DNA of 64,000 nt from an uncultured Planctomycetota bacterium (GCA_963845755.1 CAWJTV010000011.1:576001-640000), one strand, 5' to 3'. Shown: positions 19,128 to 31,672, counted from the first letter of the stretch. Program-made: numbers and translations. Notes: generated by a model from the letters alone, not told the origin.

Positions 19128-21024
19128 GTGGGCCTCAATCCGATCATCCGCTTCGAGCTGATCCGGACTGCCCGCCGGAGTCGCCACTATGTGATGCGCG
19201 CGGCCCTCGGCCTGGTCCCGGTTTACGTCGCCTGGGTACTGTATGAATTCGGTGCGCAGGCCGCGGCGATGAACGGGGGCCACGAGAGATCGATCGGCTT
19301 CCGGTTCCGGCCCGAGGTCGCGGATCTGGTCTTCCTCGAGCTGACCTGGGCGCAGGGGCTGGCGATCCTCCTGTTGGTGCCCGGTCTGGTGGCCGGATCG
19401 ATCGCCGAGGAAGATCGGCGTGGGACGATGCTCGATCTGCTGGCCACTCCTTTATCGAGCGTCGCGATCGTGCTGGGAAAATTGATGGCGCGGTTGGTGC
19501 ACGTCGGTGTGGCCGTGGGAGTCGGTCTGCCGGTCGTCGTGCCGCTGGGTCTACTGGGGGCGCTCGACCCCGTGATCGTGGCGCTTGCCTACGCGATGTT
19601 GCTTGCGCTGACGTTATTCGTCAGCTCGCTCTCGCTACTCGTCTCGGTCATCGTGCGCCAGTCGGCGCCTGGCGATTCCGACAGCGTACCTCCTGGTCGG
19701 TAGCTGGCTCCTGCTCCCGGTCTGGTATGCCCCGATCGCCGGAAAACTCGGGTGGCCCTTCTCCTGGCTCCGGGCGCTCAACGACGGGATCCTCCAGAGC
19801 CACCCACACGAGGCCGCCATGTTCCTGTGGCGGATCCCCTCAGCGCGGCTGTTCTACCCGCCGAATCTCGCGTGGGCCTGGTCGGGGTTCTTGAAGGCGT
19901 TCCCGAGCTTCGTGGGACTCCAGGCGGCGTGCTCGGCACTCTTTCTGCTGCTGGCCGCCTTTTACCTCCGCCGCCTCCGTTTAGGGCTCGGGAGACGGCG
20001 AGCCCGTGACCTGATCGGCTCGCCGCGCCCCGCCATCGGCGACGACCCGATGCTCTGGAAGGAGTGGTACGCTCCTTCACGCCTCTCTCGAACGGCGGTC
20101 AGGCTCGCGGCGATAGTGCTCGGCGTGCTGCTGTTGTGCCCGCTGATCGAGCCAGCCTGGGCTGCCTTCCGGGAGTGGCAGGCGAGTTGGTGGGATGAGA
20201 CGACCAGCCTGGGAGCACGAGGGGATCTGAACGAGTCCCTGCGTCAGCTCAATGCGGGGATTTACCTTCTCGGACTCGTCGCCGTCGCCGCCCTCGCGGC
20301 GAGCAGCATCACCGGCGAGCGTGAGCGGGGGACCTGGACGAGTCTGGCGACGACCCTCGTCAGCGGCCGCGAAATCGTCATTGCCAAGGTCTCCGGCACC
20401 CTTCGGGCCGTGCGAGGGCTGTCCATGCCCTTTCTGACCTTGTGGGGGATCGGCCTGGCGACCGGTTCCGTCCACCCGCTCGGCGTCCTGGCCGCGGCGG
20501 CCGGACTCATCATCTACGCCAGATACGCGGCTGCACTTGGCGTGCTCTTCTCGATGGTGTCGAGTAGCTCGGACCGGGCGATTGCGGCGGCGCTCCTCGC
20601 CCTCTTGACCAGCAACGCGATCGCTTTGCTCTTCATACCCCTAGATCTCATCGGCCCACTCGGCGGGTCATGGCAGACCGTATGGCTGGCCGGTGTGACG
20701 CCGTTGGTCGAGTGGGTCTCGCTGGCATCCCCCGTGGAGATCCGGTGGTGGCTCGAAGGCCGAATTGGGGAGGGGCAGATCGGACTGCCGTGGGGCCTCT
20801 GGAGCACGCGGATCCGTCTCGATCCTGGTCTGGTCCGGACCTATCTGGCCAGTCTTATTCTGCACGCGATCGGCACAGTCGCCGTGATGCGGGTCGCGGC
20901 CTGGTTATTCGACTCTCAACGCGATGGATTCCGACGTCCCTTGAAATCCCTCTGGGGAGGTCCGGCGCGTGTAGACCGACCCCGAACATGGAATCGAAAG
21001 AATCGAACCGCCTCTGGTCGTTGA
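19128..21024 (+). CDS. ABC-2-type transporter permease-like membrane protein (two permease halves); frameshift near 19665
   Basis: LNPIIRFELIRTARR; AGSIAEEDRRGTMLDLLATPLSS..IVLGKL; IGDDPMLWKE; SSITGERERGTWTSLATT..SGREIVIAK. Confidence 0.8.
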
Positions 21025-21207
21025 GAGAGGGTGTTGGAGCGGAGCAACCGCCCGACGGTCCGAGGGGGCTTCCGCCGATCCTGGGCTCTTCTTCGGATCC
21101 GCGCCGGACGGCTCGCTTGACTTGCTCCCGCGCCTCGACCAAGATTCCGTTACGAGGAACCTTGGCGATCGATTCCGATCAGGGCCATCAGATAAGAGGG
21201 ACCACGC

Positions 21208-22151
21208 ATGGGACAGGATCCGACGCGCCGAACTTTCATGAAGGACTGCTCGACCTCGGCCGCGGCCCTGGTGGTGCTCACCGCCGCGCAGCCGGGCGCC
21301 GCCGAGGCCGAGGCCGACGAGCTCCGGGCGGGCACGCCCTATCTCTGCATCACCTGCGGGACGCAGTTCTCCGAGTCGGCGCAGCCGCCCGCGCACTGCC
21401 CGATCTGCGAGGACGAGCGGCAGTACGTCCATCCCGACGGCCAGCAGTGGACGACGCTGGAACAGCTCCGATCGTCGCACAAGAACGTGATCAAGCCGGA
21501 AGAGCCGGGGCTCTACTCGATCAATACCGAGCCGAAGTTCGGCATCGGCCAACGTGCGTTCCTGATCCAGACAACGAAGGGGAACGTCCTGTGGGATTGC
21601 GTCGCGCTGGTGGACGACGCGACGATCGCGAGGGTCAAGGAACTGGGAGGGATTGCCGAGATCGCGGTCTCGCACCCGCACTATTACACGGCGATGGTGG
21701 AGTGGAGCCGGGCGTTCGACGGCGCGCCGATCCACCTGCACGAGGCCGAGCGCCAGTGGGTGATGCGCCCGGACCCGTGCATCCGTTTCTGGAAAGGCCG
21801 GACGCTCGCGCCTGCGCGAGGGCCTGGCGCTGGTCAGCACCGGCGGCCACTTCGAAGGCTACCAGGTCCTGCACTGGCCGGCCGGCGCCGGCGGCCGGGG
21901 AGGCGCTGATGGCCGGCGATCAGCCGCAGATCTGCATGGACCCCAAGCAGGTCACCTTCATGTACAGCTACCCCAACTACATCCCGCTGAACGCCCCATC
22001 GATCCGCCACGTCATGGAATGCCTCGACCCGCTCGAATATGACCGGATCTATGGCGCGTTCTTCACGCGCGGCAAGGGCATCATCCCGACGCGGGGCAAG
22101 GAGGTCGTCCGCCGTTCGGCGGAGCGATACCTGCGGGCCATCCAGAGTTGA
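21208..22151 (+). CDS. MBL-fold metallo-hydrolase with N-terminal Cys motif and Tat-like signal; frameshifted
   Basis: TRRTFMK...AAEA; CITCG..CPICEDERQYV; IGQRAFL; SHPHYY; GGHFEG; FMYSYPNYIPL; YDRIYGAF. Confidence 0.85.
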
Positions 22152-22184
22152 ACGCCGGTCGAGGCTATTCAAAGGAGTCGTCCC

Positions 22185-22736
22185 ATGGCAACCGCCGAGG
22201 CCCTGATGACCGCCGAGGAGTTCGGCCAACGGCCCGACCCCGGCTATCCCGAGGAGCTCGTTCAAGGAAGGATCGTCGCGATGCCCCCACCGGATCGACG
22301 TCATGGTCGGACCTGTCTCAAGGCTGGGCGAATCCTGGACACGTATGCCGAGGAGCACGACCTCGGGCGCGTGATGACGAACGACTCCGGCATCATCACG
22401 GAGCGCGACCCGGACACAGTGCGCGGGGCCGACGTCGCGTATTACAGCTTCACGCGGCTGGCCAAGGGGCCGCTGCCGGCCGGCTATGGTCCGGAAGTCC
22501 CCGAGCTGGTCATCGAGGTTCGGTCGTCCGGCGATTCGTGGCGAGAAATCCTTCGCAAGGTCACGGAGTATCTGACCGCCGGTGTGCTGAAGGTCGTGGT
22601 CCTCGACCCCCAGTCCCGTAAGGCGCATATCTACAGCGTGGATCAGGAGCCAGAGGTCTTGGGCCCGGAGGACGAGCTGACCATCCCCGATCTGCTGGGC
22701 GATTTCCGGGTCGCGGTGCATCGGTTCTTTGAATGA
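22185..22736 (+). CDS. Uma2 (DUF820) family endonuclease
   Basis: EELVQGRIV.MPPP..RHG, PDTVRGADVAY, PELVIEVRS, EYLTAGV..VVVLDP. Confidence 0.9.
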   Translation: MATAEALMTAEEFGQRPDPGYPEELVQGRIVAMPPPDRRHGRTCLKAGRILDTYAEEHDLGRVMTNDSGIITERDPDTVRGADVAYYSFTRLAKGPLPAGYGPEVPELVIEVRSSGDSWREILRKVTEYLTAGVLKVVVLDPQSRKAHIYSVDQEPEVLGPEDELTIPDLLGDFRVAVHRFFE

Positions 22737-22801
22737 TCGGCATCTTGCTCTGAGCCGGTCGCGCCAGCCGGGAATGGGCCTTTGGTTGATCCCGGCCGAT
22801 C

Positions 22802-25800
22802 TCAATCAGGGGCGCCCCGATAGAGCTGAACCAACCCCCCGTGGTCGGCCGAGGCGAGGGTGCGGCCGTCAGGCGCGAACGCCAGGGCGTTGAACTGTCC
22901 GGGGCTCTCGCCCAGGCTCAACAGCTCCTGACCGGTGACCGGGTCCCAGAGTCGAACGGTACGGGATACTCCGGCCGAGGCAAGGGTGCGGCCGTCGGGC
23001 GAGAACGCCAGGGCGCGCACCTCATCATCGTCGGCATTGATGACCCGGCGCGGGGACCAGGACGCCGGGTCCCACAGGGTGATGAAACCGCTCTCGTCGG
23101 CCGAAGCCAAGGTCAGCCCGTCCGGGGCAAAGACGACCGAGGAGACCGGGTATCGGCCCCGCAAGACGGCCAGGGATTGACCCGTGCGAACGTCCCAGAG
23201 TCGGACGGTCCGGTCGTTGCTTGCCGAGGCCAGGGTCAGGCCCTCCGGGGAAAACGCCAGCCGGCGGACGACGTCGTCGTGGCCGTTGAGGACGGCCCGC
23301 GGGGCACCGGTGTCGCCATCCCAGAGCCGGATCGTCCGATCGGAACCGGCCGAGGCCAGGATGGCGCCACCGGGCTGAAACGCGACCGACCGGACGCGAT
23401 GGGTGTGCCCCGAGAGCGTCTGGATCAGCCGCCCGGTCGCGGTCTCCCAGAGTTTCACATTGTCCCGCGCCTCGAGACTCCCCGAGGCGATGACGCGCCC
23501 ATCAGGTCGGAAGGCCAGAGCGACGACGGTCGCCTCGTGACCCCTGAGTACGGCGCGTTCGCGGCCCGTGGCCGGGTCCCAGAGTCGCAGGGTGTCGTCG
23601 TTCCCCCCGGAGGCCACGGTCGCGCCGTCGGGCGAGAACGCCACGTCCCAGACTTCGTCACGGTGCTTCGCGAACTTGCGGAATTCGGCGGCCGGGTGGG
23701 GCCGCCAGTTGGATAGGTCGTGGTCGCCGCCGAGGTACAGACTCTCGCCGTCGCCGGCGAAGGCGATGTACTGGAAGGTCCGCCGCCCCGGGAAGACCTG
23801 CTCCCGCAAGCCGGTCGCGATCCGCCAGACGGTCATGGGGATCGCGCCGCCGGGCTGGCCATAGCCATAGAGGGCGAGCCGGCCGCCGTCGGGCGAGAAC
23901 GCGAGCTGAAAGGTCCCCTCGCGCCGACTCGAGCGAGACGAGCACGCGTCTCCGACCCGTCGCCAGGTCACGGAAGCTGACCTGCCGTCCCTCCGCGAAG
24001 GCGACGAGCGTAGACCCGTCGGGAGAAAAGATCAGGCGGTCGGGACGCAGCTCGTCGTCGGAATGGACCCGAGGCGCCTGCGCCTGGGCCAGGTCCCAGA
24101 CGAAGACGCGATTGGGAGCGGCGGCGGCCAGGCTCCGCCCATCGAGCGAGACCGCCAGCGCCGAGGCGTCCGGGAATTCCGCCGAGATCGTCCGGGTGAT
24201 CCGGCCACTGATCGCATCGCGGAGGGTTAACCGGCCGTCAGACTCGCGGACCGCGAAGAACCGCCCGTCGGGCGAGGCCATGACGAATCCAAAACCCGCG
24301 ACGACGTAACTTGGCCGTGGCCGCGAAGCATCGGACGCCAGGTCCCAGACCCGGATGGTCCGGGTGCCGCGCGGGTCTCTGGTGACAAGGGCCAGCAGGC
24401 GGCCGTCGTCCATGAAGGTCATCACCCGGACCTCGTCAGCGAGTTCGCCAACGGGCCGCGACCGAAGCCGGCCTTCGGCCACGTCCCAGAGCCGGATTTC
24501 CTTCATTCGGGTTGACGTGGGCTCGATCTCTCCGCATGAGGCCAGGATCCGACTGTCGGGCGAGAACGCGAGCCATTCGGCGGCGCCCGCGTGACCGGAC
24601 AGGGTGGCCCGGGAGCGACTCGAGGGCGTGTCCCAGAGGATGATGCCGCCCGCCGCGTCGCACGATGCCAGCGTGCGACCGTCCGGGGACAGGGCGACGC
24701 GACGGACAGGCGCCTGGTGTCTCCCCAGCAGTGCGACTTCGCGGCGGCTGAGCCGCCAGAGGTATCGCCAGGCAAAGTCACGATGCCTGGGGCCGGGCCC
24801 GTTGACATCGTCGGTGAGGACCTCCTGGCGGCGCTCGAACTGTCCCATGTCGCATGCCTGGTGGGCCAGTCGCATCTGGGCGGAATGGAGGTGCCGATCG
24901 GCCAGGGCCTCTCGCTCCACCGCGAGCCGACGTTGCCGATCGGCCTCCTCGGCCTGGCGGTCGGCCCGGTCGATCTCGTGCTGGAGCCGCACGTTGTGGG
25001 CGCGGAGCCAGGTGTTGGACCAGGCCATCCCACCCGCCGTGCCGATCACGACGATCACCGCCACGGCAGCCAGGGCGGCCTGTGCCGGGCGCCGGCGCGA
25101 CCACTTCAGGCCGCGCTCCCATGCCGATGCCGAGCGGGCCTGGATCGGCCGGCCGGCGAGGAACCGTTGGAGATCCTCGGCCAGGGCCGCGGCCGATGGG
25201 TAGCGGCGGGCAGCGTCCTTCTTCATACAGTGAAGGCAGATCGTTTCCAGGTCGCGGGGGACGTCGGGGCGCAGCACCCGGGGGGCGATTGGGTCGTCGT
25301 CGATGACCTGGCGGACCGTCTCGGACGGTGTCTCACCCCGGAATGGCGCGCGGCCGGTCAGGACCTCATACAAGGTCGCCCCCAGCGCGTAAACGTCGCT
25401 CGCCGGCCCGATGTCTCGCAGGCGGCCCGCAGCCTGCTCGGGAGCCATGTACGGCGGCGAGCCGATCGGCAGTCCGCTGTGGGTCTGATCATTGTCTTCC
25501 TCGGCCAGCTTCGCCAGGCCGAAGTCGGTCACGCGCGGGACCAGGTCCGAGAGATCCTTGGCCGTGTCCGGATCGGCCGGAGTTTGGAACAGGACGTTGC
25601 TGGGCTTCAGGTCGCGGTGGAGGATCCCCCGTTCGTGCGCGTGCTGGACGGCCCCGGCAATCGTCGCGATCAGCCGGGCTGCGGTCCGTGCGGGTACCGG
25701 ATGCTGTCGTCGCCTTCAGCCAGGTCGAGAGCGAAGGACCCTCGCAATACGCCGAGGCGATGTAGGCGATCGGCCCCAACTCGCCGGCCTCGTAGACCGG

Positions 25801-26196
25801 GACGATGTTCGGGTGGTCGAGGACCGCCGCAGCGTGGGCCTCGCGCATGAACCGTCGACGCCCTTGGGTCGTGATCAGTCGTTCGAGCCGGGGCACCTTC
25901 AGGGCCACATCGCGGCCGAGGACCGGGTCGTGCGCCAGGTAGACGACACCGAAGCCGCCCCGGCCGACCTCGCGGACCACCTCGAAACGGCCGAGCGCCA
26001 ACGACGACCCGAGCCCGGCCGGGCCTCCCGACGACTCCGCGCGCGGACGGATCATCTCCAGCAACCGAAGACAGTCATCCATCCAGGGCTCGTCCGCAGG
26101 CCCCTTCGGCCCGGCCCCGGCGGCCATCGCCGCGTCTGCGGACAGGAGTGCCTCGAGCAGATCCGCATCGATCGGCGTGGTCTCATCGTGGGTCAT
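22802..26196 (-). CDS. Ser/Thr protein kinase with TM helix and WD40 repeats; frameshifts near 25700 and 23920
   Basis: VGRGGFGVVY, VALKVP, ILHRDLKPSN, TDFGLAK, YMAPEQ; many GH...VAFSPDG.TLAS...RLWD repeats. Confidence 0.9.
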
Positions 26197-26824
26197 GGCC
26201 GGAGCCCATCGTTTCGCGCAGCCGCAACAGCGCCCGCGCCCAGACCTTGCGCGCGGCTTCCGGCGAGATCCCGAGCCGCAGGGCGATCGCCTCGAACGTC
26301 AGCCGCTCCTCGTGATGCCACCGGATGACTTGCCGGTAGTGCTCGGGGAGGCCCGCCATCGCCGCACGTAGCGCGTCTTCCCGTTCGTGCTTCATGGCAC
26401 GCTCGCTCGGCGAGGTCGCCGACTCGGACACGTTCGCCGCCGGGTCCCGGCCGGTCTCATCCCAACCGCGTCCGCACGCGACTTCCCGGGAGACTCGCCG
26501 CTTCCCGGTCCCACGGTAGCGGCGGCGCATGTTCGCGAGCAGATGCCGGAGGATCCCCTCGAGCCAGGTCCGCAACACCGCCGCGTCGCCGCTCCGCAAC
26601 TGAGCGATGTCGCGCCCGGCGGCCAGGAACGTCTCCTGGACCAGGTCCGAGGCGTCCACCTTCGCCGCCAGATCGGGCGCCAGCTTCCGACGCGCCATCA
26701 GGGTCAAATGGCCGCGGAATACCTCGAGCGCCCGGCCGATGACCTCGGCTCGTCCCCGGTCCTCCACCTCGCCTCCTCCGGAAGAGGCCTCCGGGATGAG
26801 CCGACTTTCAGAGTCGATGAGCAT
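26183..26824 (-). CDS. ECF sigma-70 factor (kinase-associated type)
   Basis: LAAKVDASDLVQETFLAA, WLEGIL, SPSERAM..E, LPEHYRQVI..LTFEAIALRLG.SPEAARKVWARAL; overlaps the kinase start. Confidence 0.9.
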   Translation of the reverse strand: MLIDSESRLIPEASSGGGEVEDRGRAEVIGRALEVFRGHLTLMARRKLAPDLAAKVDASDLVQETFLAAGRDIAQLRSGDAAVLRTWLEGILRHLLANMRRRYRGTGKRRVSREVACGRGWDETGRDPAANVSESATSPSERAMKHEREDALRAAMAGLPEHYRQVIRWHHEERLTFEAIALRLGISPEAARKVWARALLRLRETMGSGHDPR

Positions 26825-27298
26825 GTTGGAATACCATTCAGAAATCCCGCCTCCTCGGCGTCTCGACCAAGCGTTGCAGAGAAAGGCCAATTCCGCGACC
26901 CCAGGCCGGTGGGCACGGAGGCCCACCCCGCTGGATCAAAGCAGGATCTGCTCAGTACCCCGGACTCGAGGCCGCTCGGGCGTTCAATCCTGTCTCCGAC
27001 CGGATTGAGTGAGACTGCATCACCTCATGACTCGCCGGTCCGGGCGCCGAGCGGCTCTCCTGTAAGAAACGTCGGAAGGCCGCGTCCGGTCGCGACAGGA
27101 ACGGGTCCTTACCGGGAGAAGCCGGCTCATCCCATCAAGCGTCAGACGGCGTCGTGCGCTGGCGAGGCGTGTCACCCGCGATGGGCCAGCGGTCTCTTTC
27201 CACGAAGGACTTTCTCATGGGAGCGGTCTGCAAGAAACCAACAGATTGTTTGACGGGAGACCGCTCTCGCCGACGTCACAAGCTCAGTGGAGATGATC

Positions 27299-27634
27299 AT
27301 GGCGGGCTTTGAGATCTGGTCCGAGATCACGACGGACGCTACAGGAGGCGACGGGGTGCGGCATTCCGCTTGGAGCGGTTGGGATTCCAACACCGCCCCA
27401 CCCGACTTCGTCATCAACAACAACACGGTTCGCGTCGAATGGCACGGACAAAACGGCTCCGAGAACAGCTACGACCTCGTGTATGACGATTATGTCGAGA
27501 TCGTCCCCGGGTCGGGCCTGAAGTTTCCGTCCACGATCAAGGTCCGGACTTACGCACGCAGCCCCAAGGGGAATGGCAGCGGCCGGGGCTGGTCGAAGAT
27601 CAAGGTCGTCGGCGATTACGTGAAGTATCGCTGA
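27299..27634 (+). CDS. Hypothetical protein (111 aa, beta-rich)
   Basis: GGAG upstream; high GC at third codon positions; MAGFEIWSEITTDATGGDGVRHS...VVGDYVKYR. Confidence 0.7.
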   Translation: MAGFEIWSEITTDATGGDGVRHSAWSGWDSNTAPPDFVINNNTVRVEWHGQNGSENSYDLVYDDYVEIVPGSGLKFPSTIKVRTYARSPKGNGSGRGWSKIKVVGDYVKYR

Positions 27635-27968
27635 CGACGCCAGCGCTGCGGCTGGCTCCCTCACCAATCATCACCCCGTGAGCCGAGCGAAGGGCCCTCG
27701 CAAAGTGATCGCTTTCATTCATCAAGCGGCTCCGACTCCCGATAGGGAGGCCGAAGTCTCCGAGGGCCACGTCCGTGCGATTTCCCGACGGATGGGGCTC
27801 CCCATGTTCTCCGATCCGGCCATTATGCCCGGCTGGCCATCGAGCCCCATCCGTGCGGCTTCCGCACGGGCGAGGACCTGTGTTGCCCGTGCGGCCGAGG
27901 TGCCGAACGGCGAAGGTTCGATCCGCGGTCGAAGACCGCATCAAGACGTGCACTCAGGAGGTACTGCC

Positions 27969-30863
27969 GATGCTGAATCAAGTCAAAGGTCTGCGCCAAC
28001 GCGGACGCGGGCTGACGCCTTCTTGGAGAGGCAAACCGTTCCGGCCGACGCGATGGCGGCCCGTGCTGGAGCCACTGGAGGAGCACCTGCTCCTCAACGC
28101 TTCCAACCTGGTGGTCTCCGCGGCCGTAGCACCGACAACGCTCATTTCATCGCAGTCGGCCCACTTGAGGTGGGACGTGACCAACCGGGGGACCGAGGCG
28201 GCTAACGCGAGCTGGGTCGATCGCGTCTATCTGTTGACGGACGACGCGATCGACGGCGCCGACGCCCTCCTCGGCGGGTCGGTCGCCGCACCCTCGACGC
28301 TCGGGCCGGGCGAGAGCTACACCCAGGATCAGAGCATCACCGTGCCCGCCGCCGACTCGGGCAACTATTACCTGCTCTTCGCCACCAATTCCGACGGGGC
28401 CCAGGACGAGGCCACAACGGCCGACAACATCCGCGCCGTACCGATCACCCTGGTCGGGTCCTCGGGCAAGCTCCCCGACCTGGTCGTCACCGCCGCAACG
28501 GCGCCGACGTCGGCCGAGGTCGGCCCCATCGATGTCTCCTGGACCGTCAAGAACCAGGGAACGGGCAAGGCCTCCGGTTTCTGGGGGGACACGTTCTACC
28601 TGTCGAAAGACAACACCTACGACTCGTCCGATACCTCGATCACCACTTCATACCACGACGCATCTCTCGATCCCGGAACGAGTCAGTCCTTCGATGCGAC
28701 GCTCTATCTCCCGAGCGTAGCGGCCGGCAACTATTACCTGCTAATCGTCGCCGACGGTTCGCATTACGTGAGCGAGAGCGACGAGTCGAACAACGTCTTC
28801 GCCCTGCCGATCGCGCTCACGGTCCCGGACGTTCGACCTGGTCGTGACGGCGGCCGAAGCCCCCAGTACTTTCAAGTCCGGCTCGAACGTCGACGTCTCC
28901 TGGACGGTGACCAACCAGGGGATCGACTCGACGACGGCTCCTTACTGGTACGACTACGTCTATCTGTTGACCGACGACAAGTACGACGGCTTCGATCCTT
29001 ACGTGACTAACGAATACATTGGCAACACGACCCCGCTCGCGGCGGGCGAGAGTTACACGCGCAACCCGACCATCACGATCCCTGCGGTGACTCCCGGCAA
29101 TTACTACCTGCTGTTCCTCACCGACAACTCGCACAGCCAGGCCGAGGCCAACGAGAACAACAACGTGCGCTCCGTCGCCGTCACGGTGACGCCAGCCAAC
29201 CTCGATCTTGTGGTCACCGGCGCGACCGGGCCGGCCTCGTCGCCGCTCGGCGCGATCGACGTTTCCTGGACGGTCAAGAACCAGGGGACGGACCCGGCCG
29301 GAGGCTACTGGTCGGATTACGTCTACCTCTCCACGGACGACGCGCTCGACGGCTCCGATCTCTTCGCCGGGTCCAGTTTCGTCTCGGCGAGCCCGGTGAT
29401 CGACGGCGGGAGCAGCTATACCCGGACCCTCACCGTAAACCTGCCGAACGTGGCGGCCGGCAACTATCATCTGCTGTTCGTCGCCGACGGTTCGCACTCC
29501 CTGAGCGAGACCGACGAGAACAACAACACCTTCGCCCTGCCGATCACGCTTTCGGTCCCGGACGTTCGACCTGGTCGTGACGGCCGCCGGCGCCCCCAGC
29601 TCGGCCAGGTCCGGCTCCGGGGTCGCCGTCTCCTGGACGGTGACCAACCAGGGGAGCGATTCGACGACCGCACGGAACTGGTACGACACCGTCTACCTGT
29701 TGACCGATGATACGCTGGACTTCTTCGATGACTACGTGACCTCCGTGTACATCGACAACCCCACCCCGCTGGCGGCGGGCGCGAGCTACACCCACGATCA
29801 GACGATCGGCCTTCCCTCGGTGGCGGCAGGCAATTACTACTTGATCTTCGTCACCAATGAATCGAGCTATGACCAGCCCGAGACCAACCCGGACAACAAC
29901 GCCCGCGCCGTGCTCATCGCGCTCACCGCGGCGGAAGTCATCAGCCCAGTCGATCTGGAGGTCGAAAACACGACTGCCCCGGACTCGGGCTCGGCCGGCG
30001 AGTACATCGCCGTCACGTGGGTCGTCTCCAACGTGGGGACGGACTCGGCGAGCTCGAGCTGGCTCGACGCCGTCTACCTCTCGACCGACGACACCCTCGA
30101 CACGGCGGCCGACACGCCGCTGGCGTCGATCTCGATCGCTTCCCAAAGCCCGCTGCCCGACGGTGACGGATACATCGTGTCGATGGACGTCTTCTTGCCG
30201 GGATCGGTGGCACCGGGAGATTATTTCCTCCTGTTCACCGCGAATTCGAACGACACTCAGGATGAGGCGAGCCGGGCGAACAACGTCGGGACGCTCTCCT
30301 TCACGGTGGAGAACGTCTCGACGCTACCGGCGACCGTGTCGTCGTTCCTCGTCAACGACGGCGAGGCGCAGCGGTCGATGGTCACTCATCTGACGTTGAC
30401 ATTCAGCGGGGTCGTCACGATCGGGAGTGACGCGTTCGTGCTCACGCGCTCCGACGGGGCGACCTTGGGCGTGGTCGCTTCCTCGGAGGTGGTGAACGAC
30501 CAGACGGTGGTGACCCTGACCTTCACGGGGAGCGGGATCGTGGCCGGTTCGCTGGCCGACGGCAAGTACACGCTCACGATCCGGGGCGACCGGGTCCATG
30601 ACGCGGCGGGTCAGGCGCTCGACGGCGATGGCGACGGCGTGGCGGGCGGCGATTACGTGGCTCATCTCTTCCGTTTCTTCGGCGACGCCAATGGCGACGG
30701 GGTCGTGGACAACGTGGACTACTTCTCCCTCCGATCGACGATCGGCAAGAAGGCCGGCGACACCGGGTTCCTCTGGTTCCTGGACTCCACCGGCGACGGC
30801 ACCGTCAACCTCGCCACCGACTATTCCGCGTTCAGCAGCCGGTACCACAAGACGATCGCGTGA
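27969..30863 (+). CDS. Secreted CARDB-repeat protein with LEPR-XLL-like N-terminus and dockerin-like C-terminus; frameshifts near 28832 and 29566
   Basis: RPVLEPLEEHLLL; six DLVVT...VSWTV.NQG...W.D.VYLS.D...GNYYLL...E..E.NN repeats; QRSMV...FRFFGDANGDGVVD; CAGGAGG ribosome-binding site. Confidence 0.88.
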
Positions 30864-30961
30864 GGCGATCCCTCCCGCGAGCCGGGGACCGCCCGCAGAC
30901 AACGGCGCGGTCCCCTCTTCTCTCGTTCCGAACATCCGTTTTTCAACACCAGGAGATTCTG

Positions 30962-31672
30962 ATGAACTCAGTCAAGAGGATTTTTGCTCTGATTGTGGTC
31001 GGGGCCGGTGTGTCGTCCGCATCGGTCGCCGAGGCGGGATCGGTCTATCAGTTCGCCTTCGACCAGTTGACTTACGAGGTCGATCCCGGCACCCAGGTGC
31101 TGGTGAACGTCTTCTTGCAGGAACAGGTCAGCGCCGGGACCTCGTCGGTCCTGGCGACCGACGGTCTGATCGGAGCAGGCGTGCGGGTCTCCTTCGACCT
31201 GTCTCCGCTGCCGAGCGATCCGGCGAAGGTCCTCGGCGTGAGCGGCGTCCTGCCGAACGACGGCTCGGGCGGCTTCACGGGCGGCCTCTATCACCTCGGC
31301 GTCGCCTCGGGTTCCTATGCCGAGCTTTCGGAGACCGTCGGGCTTTCGAGCCCTCCCATCATGGGGACCGATCTGGGAGGCGGCCTGTTCGAGATCCTGA
31401 TCGGGACGTTCCGGTTCACGGCGGGTTCGATCGCCGGGCAGACCACGTTGATCCAGGCCGGCGACATCCCGGGGTTTTCCGAGATCGTCACGAACACTGG
31501 CGAAGTGTTGGATGCTTTGATCGCCCCAGGAACGGCCAGCATCCATGTCCGCGGAGAGGCCGTGCCCGAGCCCTCGAGCTGGATCGTGCTGGCGCTAGGT
31601 CTGATCGGTGTCGGCGGCTACGGCCTGACGCAGTATCCCCTGCGGACTTCATCGGGCCGCCCCATGCTGTAA
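30962..31672 (+). CDS. PEP-CTERM sorting domain protein
   Basis: Signal peptide (..VAEA); C-terminal AVPEPSSWIVLALGLIGVGGYG; AGGAG ribosome-binding site. Confidence 0.85.
   Translation: MNSVKRIFALIVVGAGVSSASVAEAGSVYQFAFDQLTYEVDPGTQVLVNVFLQEQVSAGTSSVLATDGLIGAGVRVSFDLSPLPSDPAKVLGVSGVLPNDGSGGFTGGLYHLGVASGSYAELSETVGLSSPPIMGTDLGGGLFEILIGTFRFTAGSIAGQTTLIQAGDIPGFSEIVTNTGEVLDALIAPGTASIHVRGEAVPEPSSWIVLALGLIGVGGYGLTQYPLRTSSGRPML

Noticed and set aside
22185..22736. Uma2 genes as a restriction or defence system
   Set aside because: Both are standalone with no methylase or partner, and the family is commonly multi-copy in such genomes.
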